From Octopus sinensis (Eukaryota): 64,000 nucleotides of DNA. The DNA lies in NCBI RefSeq assembly GCF_006345805.1, contig NC_043019.1:21451360-21515359 (forward strand), given 5' to 3'. How positions within the stretch are numbered: the first letter of the stretch is position 1; the number at the start of each line of letters is the position of its first letter. The position numbers and the translations under genes were made by a program. A model generated the notes under the pieces. It was not told the origin of the DNA. It was given only the letters and a program-made list of their open reading frames with translations, and did not search any database. Below, piece after piece: positions 1 through 14,746 of this stretch.

Positions 1-1945
1 AGATGTGATCTTCTCTATTCTTGTTCTTGTTGTCATATACTCCAAATTTCTTGAAATACATCTAAGTGATATTTGGATTTATTTGTCATACACAAAGAAT
101 TACTTTGGATATTAATTCTACTTGAATTTATTAATATCTGATTGTTTAATTGAAACAAGTTTGTTTAACACTGAGTGCTTTCTAGATATCTGCCTGGATT
201 TATTAATTCCTTTTACTTATTATTATTATTATTATTATTGTGTGTGTGTATACATATATATATACACACACACACACACATACACATACATATATATACA
301 CATATATCTTTCATCTTTCTTATTGTTTCATCATCATCATGGATGGTTTGACTGAGGACTGGTGAGCCAGAGGCTGCACCAGGCTCTAATCTGATCTGGC
401 AGAGTTTCTACAGCTCGATGCCCTTCGTAACGCCAACCACTCCGAGAGTGTAGTGGGTGCTTTTACGTGCCACCGGCATGAGGGCCAGTCAGGCGGTTCT
501 GGCAACGACCACGCTCAAAAGGTATTTTTTACATGCTACCTGCATGGGAGCCAGTTCGGTGGCACTGGCAACGACCACGCTCAAATGCTGTTTTTCATGT
601 GCCACTGGCATGTGATGGTATGGTGACTCTAGGGTTTCGTTCAAATGAATCACTTCCAGTCCATATTTTTCTAAGCCTGGTACTAATTCTATTAGTCTCT
701 TATGCTGAACCACCAAATGAAAACCTGCTGTGAAGAGGTGGTGGGAGAGAAAAGACAGACGTACACACAGATATATACAAACATCCACACATGGTGGGCT
801 TCTTTCAGTTTCTATCTATCAAATCCACTCACAAGACTTTGGTTAGCCAGAACTAGAAGACACTTTCTTATGGCACCATGCTGTGGGACTGAACCCGGGA
901 CCATGTGATTGGGAAGCAAACTTCTTACCACAAAGCCATGCTTGCTCCTAAATATATATGAGTATAAATACTAAAGAGAGAATCTGTACATGATCACTTG
1001 ACCTGCTAGTAATAGCAGTGAAATTTCTCTCAGACCATACCTCTATCATCTTAAATAAAGACAATGTAGTCCCTAACAAATAAAAGAATAAGTCCTGGAG
1101 TCGATTTGTTTGACTAAAGGCATTGCTCCAGCATGGCTGTAGTCAAATAACTGAAACAAGTAAAAGAATGAAAGAAAAAGAATATGTATATATATATACG
1201 TATATATGTGTCTATGTGTAATTGTTTAAATCATTGGACTGCAGCCATGCAATGGCACCGCTTTGAGGGTTTAGTCATGAACTATTGAGTTATGTTTCTT
1301 ATACCAAAAATTAATGTTGCTGTTTGACAAAGAGAGAACAATTCAATAAATACCAGAATGAAATAAATACCGGGAATCCAGGAATTGATGTGATTAGCTA
1401 AAAAGACCTTAAAGGTGGTGCCCCAGTATGGCCGCACACTGATGATCAGTAGAAGAATAAACACTGCTATTTCATTATTATTCTCCTGGATTGCCATTTC
1501 TTTCTTATCAGTCCTTTTGGCATGATTAAGAATACAGAAAATGTACATCCAATAATCATATTTGTGGATTATTCTAAATGAATTATCCATACACATGCCA
1601 ACATGGAAAGCGGATGTTAAGCGATGATGATGATGATAATTATTCATAAATATAATTTCTTTTGGAAACCATGGACAATGATCATACGAGTGGAAGTTTT
1701 GAAGGAAATCTGGTTGTTTATCCATCGGATATTATAAATATGGTAATGAAATGAATCCAGATAAAATTGTGGCACTAATACCATATTAGAGATGACATCG
1801 TAATTAAATATCTATGAGAGAGATTATCCTTTACGATCTTCCATTTCTATTCTCTCATATACCCATGTTGCATCTTGAGGGTATGCCCTCACCATCTCTT
1901 CTGCTCATTCCAGCTGGGAGGAGCCATGTATTTTCTCGTTGTGTA

Positions 1946-2340
1946 TACTCTTTACTCTTTTACTTGTTTCAGTCTGCGGCCATGCTGGAGCACTGCCTTT
2001 AGTCGAGCAACTCAACCCCGGGACTTATTCTTTGTAAGCCCAGTACTTATTCTATCAGTCTCTTTTGCCGAACTGCTAAATGACGAGGACATAAACACAC
2101 CAGCATCGGTTGTCAAGCAATGCTAGGGGGACAAACACAGATGCACAAACATACACGCAAACATATATATATATACATATATACGACAGGCTTCTTTCAG
2201 TTTCCGTCTACCAAATCCACTCACAAGGCTTTGGTCAGCCCGAGGCTATAGTAGAAGACACTTGCCCAAGGTGCCACGCAGTGGGACTGAACCTGGAACC
2301 ATGTGGTTGGTAAGCAAGCTACTTACCACACAGCCACTCT
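1946..2340 (-). mobile_element. SINE family B copy
   Basis: Reverse complement of 25452-25864 at high identity. Confidence 0.85.
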
Positions 2341-4883
2341 CAATCAATCTTTAATTTCTCAATGCATAACTTGAAGCCTTCTGCCTCAGTACTACATCCC
2401 CACTCAGTTGAGGTATCTTGTCCTCTGGGTTACCTGGTGAGCATGCTGGTGCCTGGTCCACAAAAAATGTGCCCAGTACATTCTGTGAAGTGCTTGGTGT
2501 TAAGATAGGCAGCTAGCCACAGAAGCTGTGCCAAAGTAGACACTGGAGCTCAGCACAGTCCTGTGGTTCATTGGCTCCTCTTAAACCATCTAACCCATGC
2601 CGGCATAGAAGACAGAAGTTAAACAATGATGATGATGAAAAATTGTTTGAGAATGGTATCACAGTGAATGGCCAGAGTCATCAGAGCATTGGTTAAACTG
2701 CTTTATGGTATTTGGTCTGACTCTCTGTGCTCTGAGGTCAAATACTACTGAGGTCAACTTTGCCTCTTATTCTTTCAGGGTTGATAAAACACAGCACCAG
2801 ACCAAAGTGGTGCATTACCTGAACCGTTGTATTGGATGTTTGTGACACCTGTTCTGGTCTTTTGTGCTTTGACAGCTAGGCCCGAGTTGACAATGGGTCC
2901 AAGCTTTTGTGGTCTTTGCCTTTTCCCTGTACATCGTTGGTGGCATAAAGAAAGAGAGGCTAGCATGCATGAGGAATTGCTAGCCTTCCACAGAATAATC
3001 TTGCTCAGACAGTGCCTGGGAGAGGAACTTCCCAGGGGTAGCATCCCAAGGTCAGCCATGATCCAAGGAGATTCCAACCAGATTTACATGAATTCATATT
3101 GTTTTTCTTACCCCCAAACATATTGTTTAATTTTGAAATGCAAGATGATAATGAAATGAAATGTAGGGTAATAATGAAAAGAAAAATGATAAATAAATGA
3201 GATGAAACCCTCTCCATACAAATAAGACACACACACATACAATTGCTGGAATGATATATATTTAAGTCTGACATTCAGTGTCAGTATGATAAAGCTGAAA
3301 ACTGTGAAGTTAAGTCTGATAGCAAGGGGAAGCAAGAGAAAAAAAAGAACACTAAGAGGATAAACATGATATTTGGAATAAGAAGAAAAAGTTATGACAT
3401 ATTCAAAGAGAATTATGCGATAAGAGAGGAATAAAAGGATAAGGCTTGGAGATAAATCCAAACTGGAAAGGTTGGAAATTGTCATAGAGAGAGAAAGAGA
3501 GATTCATTTATATTCCTTTTGATGTTGTCTCTATTTTCTACCTACATTTGATGATAACGATGCTCATACTCCATGGACATGATAAATATATATATATATT
3601 TCAGATCTCTACTGAACAAAATGAGTAAGTGAAACTTCACATGGTAGCTTGACATGCAATAACAAAATATTCTCCTCCTTCCACACATCTATGCATATGT
3701 TCATACACACATACATGCAAAATAGGTGGAAGAAAAATGGTACTCAAATACCGGAGATAGAGTAATATGCTTTTATTAAAGCTGACAAAATCTTCACTAA
3801 CTGTTATTCAGGTTTTCATATCACTGTTTGTTAGACAAGTGTGATCAAATATATACACACACACACACACACATACTGTGTCTGTCTTTGTGTTTATCCC
3901 CCACTCCACTTGACAACCAGTGGAACTTGGTTCCTTTACATTTCCATAACTTAACAGTTTGGTAAAAGAGAATAAGTACCAAGGTTAACCCTACCCCACC
4001 AAAAAACAAAATACTCTTCAACTAAACCCTTCAAGATGGTGCCCCAGCATGCCTGTAGTCCAATGACTGAAACAAGTAAAAGATAGAAGATGGATGGATG
4101 TGTGTTTTTTTCTGTTTTCAATTTACAATTAAATTTTGACCACCTGCTTTGTAGCAAGGTTGTGAAGGAAAACATCTTTTGTTCATCATTCTTTAAATCT
4201 CAAGAAGGTCTTGCAGATTCTTATTGCCCCAGATATCATGATCGTTTGTAACATATGAATTAAGGCAGGTTGGTATATACTCTGTATGTATGGGACATGG
4301 CTCATATCATTGGGTAGGCCACACAACTAAAAACTTAATTTTTTATTAAGTGTACCATTCAGAAAGTTTCACAGGCCACATAAGGCCTGCAGAGGCTGTC
4401 CATGATAGACATTGAGAATTTTTCACTGGCTCATACCAAATAAATGATAGGTAAATGGTAATCAAAAGGTATTTTCTCTGATTTTCTCCAGATACAAATT
4501 TTAAAAAGACAAATTCAAAAAACAAACAAAAAACAACAAAAACTAGGCTATCATGAAAAAAAAAAGAATTTGATCCTTGTTCTGGATAAATGGTTCTCAA
4601 ACCCTCTTGGCTCATACTTTAAACATTTAACTACATCTATCCCATATGTATCATATAACAAAAAAACACATAAGCAGTTTGTTAAGCAATTTTTTTCATG
4701 ATCTTATAATTCAATTAAGAATTTCTGTCTTTGACTCTACTCGTTTCTTTTTTAGCGAATTTTTTTTAAAAAAAGGTCCTTGTTTACAACTTGGTGTCCT
4801 CCAGGTTGTAAACAACACTATAGAAAATAGATGGCTGTAACTTTATTGATTCAAATACTGAAAAATAAAACCTAATACCAACA

Positions 4884-5030
4884 ATATATATATATAATGC
4901 ACATATATATATATATATATATATATAACATATATACATATATATATATATATACACATATACATACACATATACATATATATATTACATATATATATAT
5001 ACATGTATATATATATACATGTATATATAT

Positions 5031-5075
<45 letters not shown>

Positions 5076-5284
5076 GTATATATATATATATACATGTATA
5101 TATATATATATACATGTATATATATATACATGTATATATATATACATGTATATATATATACATGTATATATATATACATGTATATATATATACATGTATA
5201 TATATATACATGTATATATATATATATATAATATATATACATATACATATATATATATACATATATATATATACATGTATATAT

Positions 5285-5316
<32 letters not shown>

Positions 5317-5318
5317 TT
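4884..5318. repeat. (TA)n tract with recurrent palindromic TACATGTA units
   Basis: Directly visible. Other long (TA)n tracts at about 27384-27790, 41818-42190 and 16523-16670. Confidence 0.9.
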
Positions 5319-5375
5319 ATGTGTAAATGTACATATGTGAGCAAATAGATATGTGTAGTGAAGGAAGATACTTAC

Positions 5376-5445
5376 TTAACGTATAACCGTATTCATCCTC
5401 TTGTTCTTCCTCTTCATCAAAAACTCCATCTTCAAGTTTAGAATC
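5376..5445 (-). CDS. MPDZ: MPDZ/PATJ-family exon: acidic motif before the next PDZ domain
   Basis: Acceptor tatcatttaacacAG, donor A|GTAAGT; 70 nt, phase 0 to 1. Encodes DSKLEDGVFDEEEEQEDEYGYTL, matching the EDEFGY motif that precedes PDZ8 in MPDZ (from memory). Confidence 0.85.
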
Positions 5446-7831
5446 CTGTGTTAAATGATATATGTAAGTCAAGATTAAATGATAACAACAGATACATACA
5501 CACACACACACACACAAATAGAAACCTATACACACACACACACACATAAAATTTACAAACAAGAGAAAGTACGCAATACTTTAAGCAAAGTTTATATATT
5601 TTATTCATTATAAAAAAACTGAACACTTCTTGATTGTGGTTACTTGAGATTTGCTCCAATGATTACAGACACACACACACACGTGTGTGTGTATTTACAT
5701 AATTAACATATATGAATAAGTGTACAAGAGAAAACCCGAATGAATTATTATTACATAGAAATGTATGTACGCAAGCATGTACATATGAATGTCTGTGTGT
5801 GTATTATGTATAGATATGTATGTATACTATTCTTTTATGAAGGAAATCAAAGCAAATAGACTATAGATAATAGTATGTACATAGAATATTGGGTTAAAAA
5901 ATCCTTGAATGAAGAAAAATTGTTTATATGCTATTTTTCATAGTTTTATATGCTTTAAGTTCGTCCATAAAATATATTTTATTTCATACCTTTTGAAGTT
6001 TATAAAGACACAGACACACACACACACAAATATATATTATGTGTAATTAATGATATGCCAACGAAAGCACAAACATGCAAATTAAGTTATCTACTATGAT
6101 GATAGCCTAATTTTTGACTGCTATATATACACATCATCTATATATATACGTGTATCATCATCATCATCATCATCGTTTAATGCTCCCTTTCCATGCTAGC
6201 ATGGGTTGGACGATTTTGAATGAGGGCTGGCGAACCAGATGGCTGCACCAGGCTCCAATCTTGATTTGGCAGAGTTTCTACAGCTGGATGCCCTTTCTAA
6301 AGCCAACCTCTCCGAGAGTGTAGTGGGTGCTTTTTACGTGCCACTGGCATGGGGGCCAGTCAGGCGGTACTGGCAACAACCTCGCCCGAATAACATATAT
6401 ATATGTAAGTATATAAGCTGAAAATTCTATACAATTGATTAGGAAAGAGATTGGTTATATCTTCTCTGAGGAGTAGTCAACAATCTGTGACATGGTTCAT
6501 TAGGAGACTAACCCAGTTCTTTTTTGTCTGCATATCAAAAACACAGAATGAATGTGTTTGCATTTATATAGTCCCCTTTCATTGGATTTTCTAACACACA
6601 CATATATATATATGATCTTGAGAATATGAAAGAGTAAGCTTGCTGGTTGGTGTTTATACTTTGTGATGGTGATGACAACAGTAACAACAACAATAATAAT
6701 GATATTGATGTGCATGTCATTTCATACAAATCTCTTTTATGGATTTCAATTGAAATGAGTTGCAGTTATATTTATTGCGGTTATACAATTATATTTCCAT
6801 CTGTTTACAAGAAAGATTTTGTGTCTGAAATGTATATATGAAATTGTTATGATCCTTTGGATGACAACTGATGAGGAATTATCAAAATTCTATGCATGTA
6901 TTTACTATTTATTCCATTTATTTGTATTTCTACATAATTTTTGAACGAAGACATGTGCATTTATAAACACTCACACACACACACACACACACACACAGAT
7001 AGATAGATAAATCTGCATGCCTGTGTTCATGTTCACATGTTTGTCTATGCCATTTAACTTAGCGGTTCAGCAAAGAGGGATTGGTAAAATAAGTGGTAGT
7101 TTAAAAAAGTAAGTACAGAGCCAGATATAACTGATTAAACTGCTGAAGATAGTGCTCCAGCTTAGCCACATTCAAATCACTCATGCCAGTAAATAATATA
7201 CCAAAAAATTATAAACCATCAAAATTACTCAGAGGCATCCTCTGCATGAAAAAATAAAAAGCAATAATTAAGTTAATGTTAAAATGTTTAATGTAGCAAA
7301 CATTTAAAAATTTAATTAAAAATGATGATTCGATGAGGAAAAGGCAAGTCACAAATGCACAATTCTGCGAGAAGCTGGAACAATGTATAAAACTGGTTTC
7401 ACATATGAAAATACAACTTCAAAAATACAAGCCTTGTTAATTGTTACATGGCAGAAAGTAATTAAGAAGGCATTACCAAAGAAAATTGTCTTCAGCTGGG
7501 AATCAAAACTAATTTGCAGATGCAGTTTACCTAAAGAATGTTTGTCTTTTGCTTGACATTATATTGCTTGTTGCTACGATGTAATCTTTGCAAATGGTTT
7601 TGTTAAATTTTACAGGATTGGAATGAATTAGCTATAAATAAATCTTGAAACTTATATATTTATTTGTGAGGAGGATCATGGGAAAAATGACAATTTTGTA
7701 AGATGACAACAACAAAACTAATTTTATGGTGATGGAACAACAAACAATGTTATAAAATATTTTCCAGGGAAAAAAGTTAAGAAAAGCATTTTTTATTGTT
7801 TATGATTTAACACTTTTGTTACCATATTTCT

Positions 7832-8064
7832 TATTTCTTTATTGCCCACAAGGGGCTAAACACAGAGGGGACAAACAAGGACAGAAAAAGAGATTAAGTC
7901 GATTACATCGACCCCAGTGCGTAACTGGTACTTAATTTATCAACCCCGAAAGGATGAAAGGCAACGTCGACCTCAGTGGAATTTGAACTCAGAACGTAAT
8001 GGCAGACGAAATACCACTAAGCATTTTGCCTGGCATGCTAACATTTCTGCCAACTTGCCACCTT
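7832..8064 (-). mobile_element. SINE family C copy nested in a MITE, with 15-bp TSD
   Basis: Matches 16291-16521; tgttaccatatttct is duplicated at 7817-7831 and 8069-8083. Confidence 0.85.
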
Positions 8065-9327
8065 AATATGTTACCATATTTCTGTTGAAATACATGGCTT
8101 TTGTTTTGATTTTGAAAATAATGAAGAATTTAATAAAATAACATTGTCATATTCAGCTAGGATTAGAGAGAGATAAGATAGGAAAAGAAAGAAAATAAAA
8201 TGGGGTTGGGTGGTAAAGCAACAGAAGACAGAGAAGGAGGGGCTGATGTGTCAGAAACCCCAGGACAAATGGTGTGCTCAGCCATGCCTTGTGGTAATGA
8301 TTGTGATGGCATTGCCACAGATATTAGCTAGCAACACTCCATCTTGTGGGACTCATTTCTCTGACAGGCTACTGTAATCTCTATTTTGTGACAGTGATAT
8401 CAGTGATACAGGGTCCCAGAACACCTGACATCTCAATGGTGACTGGCACAAACTGATAGTTGTAGGTTAGGCCCTTGTACTTATTGATTTTTTTCCCCTC
8501 TGCATAACAAGTGACAACACCTGGGTTTGCAGCTGATGCAGCAAGCTAGAATTCAGAACAAGAATTAACATGAAAATTGGATAGAAGGTCTTACTTTCAA
8601 TCACTTTAAAACAAAGTTTGCACCACAAAACTAGGAGGAAATCTTGAGTGTGTTACAGACCACAGATTAATTGGGTCATACAATGTTTAACCCTTTAGTT
8701 ATTATGTTTCTGTTGAAATTCACTGTTACAATAAATTTTGGAAAAAAAAAAAACAGAAAAAAAGAATTCAATAAAATAACTTCGTTATTATGAAGCTGGT
8801 GTTTGGAACATGAATTGGTTTCAGATTTGGCACCAAGCCAGAAATTTTGGGGGACGGGGGAAATGCAATTACATTGATATTCCCAGTGCACAACTGGTAC
8901 TTATTTTACTGACCCCGAAAGGATGAAGGTAAAGTCAACCTTGGTGGAACATAAATTAACATAAAATTTTGATGGAAGGTTTTATTTTGGATAACTTGCA
9001 AAAAAGGTAGTTTGTATCATAGATGTAGGGCCACTCTCATGCCAGTTGGTATAAAGGGGTTAACTATCATCACCATCATTCTAAAATCCATTTTTCCATG
9101 CTTGCATGGGCTGGACAAAGTTTATTGAAACAAATTTTTCATGTTCTTCCTCTAGTCAGCTTTCACTTGTTTCCAAGTAAGGTAATATTTCCCTGTAGTC
9201 AAACATGTTTTCACAGCATATTGGAAATGAATGACACTGCTTGTATGACAGTGACACTCATTTACAACTATCATGCAAAGTCAAGACAAGACACAATCAT
9301 ACACATATATACATCTCTCTCTCTCTA

Positions 9328-9828
9328 GGCAAGTGAGATTGTAGTTGTGGCCGATGCCACGTAAAACTGGCATGTAAAAAGCACCCTTCGAATGTTGGGT
9401 GATATGCTGTGCTTGAGAAGACCTGTCAAGCCAAGTGAACTCATAGTCGTGGCTGATGCTAGTGTTATCTGACTGGCACCTGTGCTGGTGGCATGTGAAA
9501 AGCACCATTTGAGCAATGGGCCTCACGGAGGCAGTGACAGGTGACCGAGACCTTTGACGATATACCATGCTTGAGAAGACCTGCCAAAGTGAGATTGTAG
9601 TCATGACTGATACCAGTGTCATGTCAATGGTATCCATGCTAGAAGTAAGTAAAAACCACCCACTACACTCTTGGAGTGATTGGCATTAGGAAGGGCATCC
9701 AGCCATAGAAACCATGCCAAATCAGATTGAAATCTGGTGTAGCACCCCGTCTTACCAGTTTTCAGTTAAACTGTCCAACCTATATCAGCATGGAAAACAT
9801 GTTAAATAATGATGATGATGATGATGAT
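9328..9828 (+). mobile_element. SINE-like family A variant with internal tandem units
   Basis: Ends cccactacactcttggagt...ggaagggcatccagc...(GAT)n; upstream repeats of aagtgagattgtagt and gcttgagaagacctg. Confidence 0.72.
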
Positions 9829-12295
9829 ATATAGCCCAAATTTACAGAAAACAAAAGATGAAGACAGGTGAGGGAGCAACAAGCAGGTGTATTAGTCTGA
9901 CACTCGGGAAGAATGGAAAAGTCTTTGATGTTTTGAACTTATGCTCTTCAACAGAAAGGGTTGAGGGGGAAGAAAATGGAGAGAGATTTCCTGTTTAAGA
10001 GTGATATAAATTAAATCCTTCTATCAAAATTTTAAGTTAATTTACGTTCCAAATACCTGTTTCATAATGACAAAGTTATTTTACTAAATTCTTTAATATT
10101 TTCAAAGTTAATTGAAACAAAAGAGTGTATCTCAACAGAAATATGGTAATCAAAGGATTAATAAAAACAAAAAAAAAAAAAAGGAACTACTGAGAAAAGC
10201 AAGAAGTAAATCTTTTGTCTCAGTGAATTCTAACAGGAATTATAAGAAGTAGATAGAAAGAATTTTGGTTAAAGACGTGAAATTAGTGCTTAAACTTGTA
10301 TTTATAAATTAGTATCAAATTCATAAAATTAGCAACAAAAATAGATGGAAATGAAATTACAAACAAAGTTAAATGTAATTTAAAATATTCATTGGAAAAT
10401 GAATACTAATGAAGCTGCTAGCCATTCTAGAAATTATTTTGTTCTTCCATCAAGTTATTTGTACAGACACAGATTGCAATACAGCAGTTCTGTGCGAGTC
10501 GTAAGTAAATACAATACTCTCGTTCATGATTCTCAGGTTTCAATTACTTTTCTTGTTTCTTTTGCTTTTATCTAATTTTATTTCATTTATTTCAATGAGG
10601 ATTTTAAGAGAAGGGTATTTTTGGTGTTTGTCAATATTAGGTTATGACTTAAACGGAAAAACAAAAATGGACCAATGAAATCACTAAATTAATAGGAAAT
10701 ATTTTCTAAAAGGGTATGAATTAGAAGAGTCATTAAAGCATTAGACAGAATGCTTCATGTTATTTGTGCTGGCTCTCTGCACTCTGAGTTAAAATCCTAC
10801 TAAGGTTAACTGGTGCTTTTCATCCTTTTGAGGTTGATAAATAAAATATCAGTCGAGTACTGAGGTTAATTCTTCTCTCTCTCTTTCTGGAAGAAATCCG
10901 TCATAGACAGACCTGATAAAGGATGAACCCCCACCTCCACTAGATTTATGAATGCTGCTAGGGTAGCCATGTATCTCCTCTACAGTGACACCTGTTCCAG
11001 TCCCACTTTCATACTTCAGCCTCTCAACACATGGCATAAAGCCACCTCCCTCAATACTGTACCCATACTCTGCTGAAGGTCTTGTCCTGCAAGTTAATTG
11101 GTGGCCTTATTTATGCTGGTGCCATGAAAAAATCACCCAGTGCACTCTCTAAAGAGGCTGGAAGGGCATCTGGCCATAGATACCTTGCCAAAGCAGACAT
11201 CAGAAACGAACATTGCTGTGAGGGTTGTTGGATGCTGTTGAACATCCAACCTATGCCAGCATGGAATATGGATGTGTGATGATGATGATGATGATGATGA
11301 TGATATATGCCATGTGTTACAAAAATGTCCCTGTGATACCATCAGAAATTGAAGGCACAAGAGAGGGCAATAGTATTTTTACACTAACTTTACAATGTGA
11401 ACATTGGTGGCACTGTTTTATTTCATATTTTTAGCGAGTATAGATATTTCAAATTGCTTGAGCTTACTGGTTGAATGGACAATTGTTCATATCTTCCTAC
11501 AAACCCTGAGCTATAAACCAACTACATCACAATGCTACACAACCACATTGTGACCTAAGGAGAAGAACCCTTGATGTTTGCTTTCCTCTTATGCTTCAAG
11601 GACAAACCAACTTGGCGGAGGGGGAAAGCCATTTCACTAAGAACTTTTCTCAAAAGAGCTCAAGACTGACAGATAACAAAGACTTTTACAAGCTTTTCTG
11701 TTAATTCTTACATTTTCGAATTTTTATTAGTTAGCTCAAGTCTATGTCTTATGGTTTGTGGCTGGAACCCACTGTATGTCATCTTTAACCAAAAGACTCT
11801 ACCTTAGCCTCAGACTGATGTCTTATGAGTGAAATTTGGTATGTGGAAACTGTAAGGAAGCCTGTCATATGTGTGTGTGTGCATGCACATACATGCATAT
11901 GCCATTTTTGTACATCTCACAGTGTCGCCATCTGACCAAAAATCAAAGCGACACTTGTTTACATCTCCTTCAAACAATCTGGCCTATTGCTTGGGGTGTT
12001 GTGAGTTCTGACATGTCAAGAATACTTGAATAAAAATAATCTATTTGGAAAAAAATAACTATATGAATAAATAAAAAAACAAAAAATAAGGTTTAGCAAC
12101 AGGAAAAGCATTTGGTCGTAGAAAATTGCATCATTAAGACACAACTCATTGTAGCATGAAAAAAAAACAATAATGCCAGCATGGAACAAGGATGTTAAAA
12201 GACGATGGTTTTATATATATATATATATGTGTGTGTGTGTATATGTATGTATATATATATGTATGTATGTGTATATGTATGTATATATATGTATG

Positions 12296-12346
<51 letters not shown>

Positions 12347-12842
12347 AAGCTTTCACATTGTTACCAGCTCCCAAATTAACTCACAAGGAATTGGATAATC
12401 CAAGGTTATAGTACAACCAAAACCATATGGTACCCCCCACACCCCACATATCATTATGCTACAATGATCTCACCTCCAGTGAGCTGGTACCTACCCCACC
12501 CCAACCTACTGAGGTTGTAAAATATAATCTTAATTTATATCTTTACCGAAAACTTTCAAACAATAGATGATGTTAAGCCAAAGTAGTGAGGGAGAAAGAA
12601 GTTGAATATAAATCTAAAGTAAATAGTGTGAGAAACTGTTTGTGTGTGTGTGTGTGTGTTCGTCTGTGTGTGTATGTGCGTGTGTGTGTGTGTGAGTGTG
12701 TGTGTGCGTCTGTGTGTGTATGTGTGTGTGTGTGTGTGTATGCACTCAGTAAGTTATCATTGTAAATTCTAATTCTGCTAAAAGCAACTTGACATTTTAA
12801 CCCTTTTAGAATTAATTTAACAAACACAACATAGAGAAGTAA

Positions 12843-12908
<66 letters not shown>

Positions 12909-13165
12909 TATATATATATATATATACACACACACACATACAAATATACCTCTATATACATATATATATATATATGTGTTATACAATGGAAATTGTGGAA
13001 TTACATAGACACACACACATATGCACAATGGAAAATTAGGAATTATGGAAATGTATAGTCTGTGTGTTTATGTGTGTGTGTATATGTCTATGTGTTATTT
13101 TGCCTGAATTTCCATTGTGCCAACGTGGTGCTGCTAAGACAATCCACTGTAATGACTAAGAAGTA

Positions 13166-13202
<37 letters not shown>

Positions 13203-14095
13203 TAATAATTTTCAATCTGAAGCAAATGGGTCACACTGAAATAAATGCTTCATATTAGTAAACCAGAAGATATGATATTTATAAAAGGGAAGAAAGCAGA
13301 ATACAGAAAACTCAAAACAAAACAAAATGGAAAGAATTAATAAAGGAGACAGAGGAAAGAAGACAGTAGATGAAGCGAAAGAGCCAAGAAAAGACGAAAT
13401 AATGAAGAAGAAGAGAAAAAGGAAGCAAAGAGTTTGCAACTGGCCAAAAAAAAAAAAAGATGGAACTCAAAGAACACATGACAAAATATATATATAGCCA
13501 GACTTCTTTTTCCTTTTCTGAAATAAAATTGAAAGATACATTTGAAATTTCTTCCATTATGTGAAGTTTATTTCTTCTTCAATTATAGAATAAGGGATAT
13601 AAAAAAAAAAAAAAAAGAACAGCAATTCTTGTAAGTTACTTTTAGATATATTCCTTTTATTTTATTTTTTTTTCTTGCAATTTTTGGCAGAAAAGATTAG
13701 ATGCTTATTTGTGGATAATATCAGTGGATACATAAAGTAATTATAAACCAATTTCATCTTGAGACTTTCTAACAGAATTTCGGCAGCAATTGAGGAATTT
13801 AGAACAAATATTATTAAGTTAGACTAATTAAAATTATTGCACAGCTCTAGAAATTAGACTATCCAAAACACAATAGGAGTAATTTCATTGGTTGGCTCTG
13901 TTCTTTCCTTAGAATCAGAAGAATCAGATCGACATGACTTAAAAGAAAAAAAACAACCTCACCCAAGAAACAACCTTGATTTAAAATTCTGTTTCTTAGT
14001 TTTTACATGTCTATAATACAGAGAAGAACTGGAGATAGCAGAGTTAATAAAGCAGTAATGTTTAGTCCTTATTTAAAAAAACCTGAGTCAATAGG

Positions 14096-14370
14096 GAGCG
14101 TCGGCTGCGGGGTCATTCCGAAAAGCTCTACCTGCGACGATTTCATCTCAATCGAAGGAGAGGAGCTTTCTCCGTCCGGGTTGCGGATCCGTGGAACAAG
14201 CTGCCAGACGAGATGGTGAAGATGCCGACGACCGCTTTGTTCAAAGCCTCCCTGGACCTCAAGTGGCCTGAACTCTTTACATGAACACCACCCTGTACTT
14301 AACTCCATGTCCCCCTACATGGCCTTGCTATTTGCTTTTGAGCCAAATTAACTAACTAACTAACTAACTA
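14096..14370 (+). mobile_element. 5'-truncated CR1-like LINE 3' end
   Basis: Open frame ERRLRGHSEKLYLRRFHLNRRRGAFSVRVADPWNKLPDEMVKMPTTALFKASLDLKWPELFT* fits the CR1 ORF2 C-terminal pattern RGH..KL...FS.RV...WN.LP......FK..LD; short UTR, then a (TAAC)n tail. CpGs intact. Confidence 0.85.
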
Positions 14371-14526
14371 CTGTTTAGTCTCAGATGAGCCCTAGCAGAC
14401 AAATAAGTCAATAGTCCCCAGTGAGCCTTAACTGAGCAGACAAATAATTGTAATTCAAGATTCTAATTTACTAGTAATATATAATTTCCAATTCAATGCT
14501 GTGATAATTATAATTCACTTGTTTAA

Positions 14527-14746
14527 CCCTTTCGTTACTGTATTTCTGTTGAGATGCTCTGTGTTTCTTTCAATTACTTTAAACATAACAAAGAATTTAG
14601 TAAAATAACTTGGTTATCATTCAGCTAGCGTTAAGAACATAAATTGTGACTAAGGTTTGGTGGCAGATTTTAATTCAAAACTTATGAAAACAAGACATTT
14701 GCACTCAGAGCCAGAGCTGGTTTCAGCCGGGTTGGTAACGAAAGGG
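14527..14746. mobile_element. piggyBac-like MITE (220 bp)
   Basis: TTAA on both sides (14523-14526, 14747-14750) and perfect 12-bp TIRs CCCTTTCGTTAC / GTAACGAAAGGG. Confidence 0.85.

Noticed and set aside
4180-4330. Minus-strand LIHMLQTIMISGAIRICKTFLRF, resembling an RLE-LINE C-terminus
   Set aside because: Too short and degenerate to call.
4784-5344. ORFs of YI/IY, HT/CV and poly-I/N/L type here and throughout the window
   Set aside because: Translations of (TA)n, (CA)n and (TAA)n microsatellites that simply lack stops.
14069-14308. GC-rich minus-strand ORF as a possible MPDZ exon
   Set aside because: It is the antisense of the CR1-like ORF2 C-terminus on the + strand.
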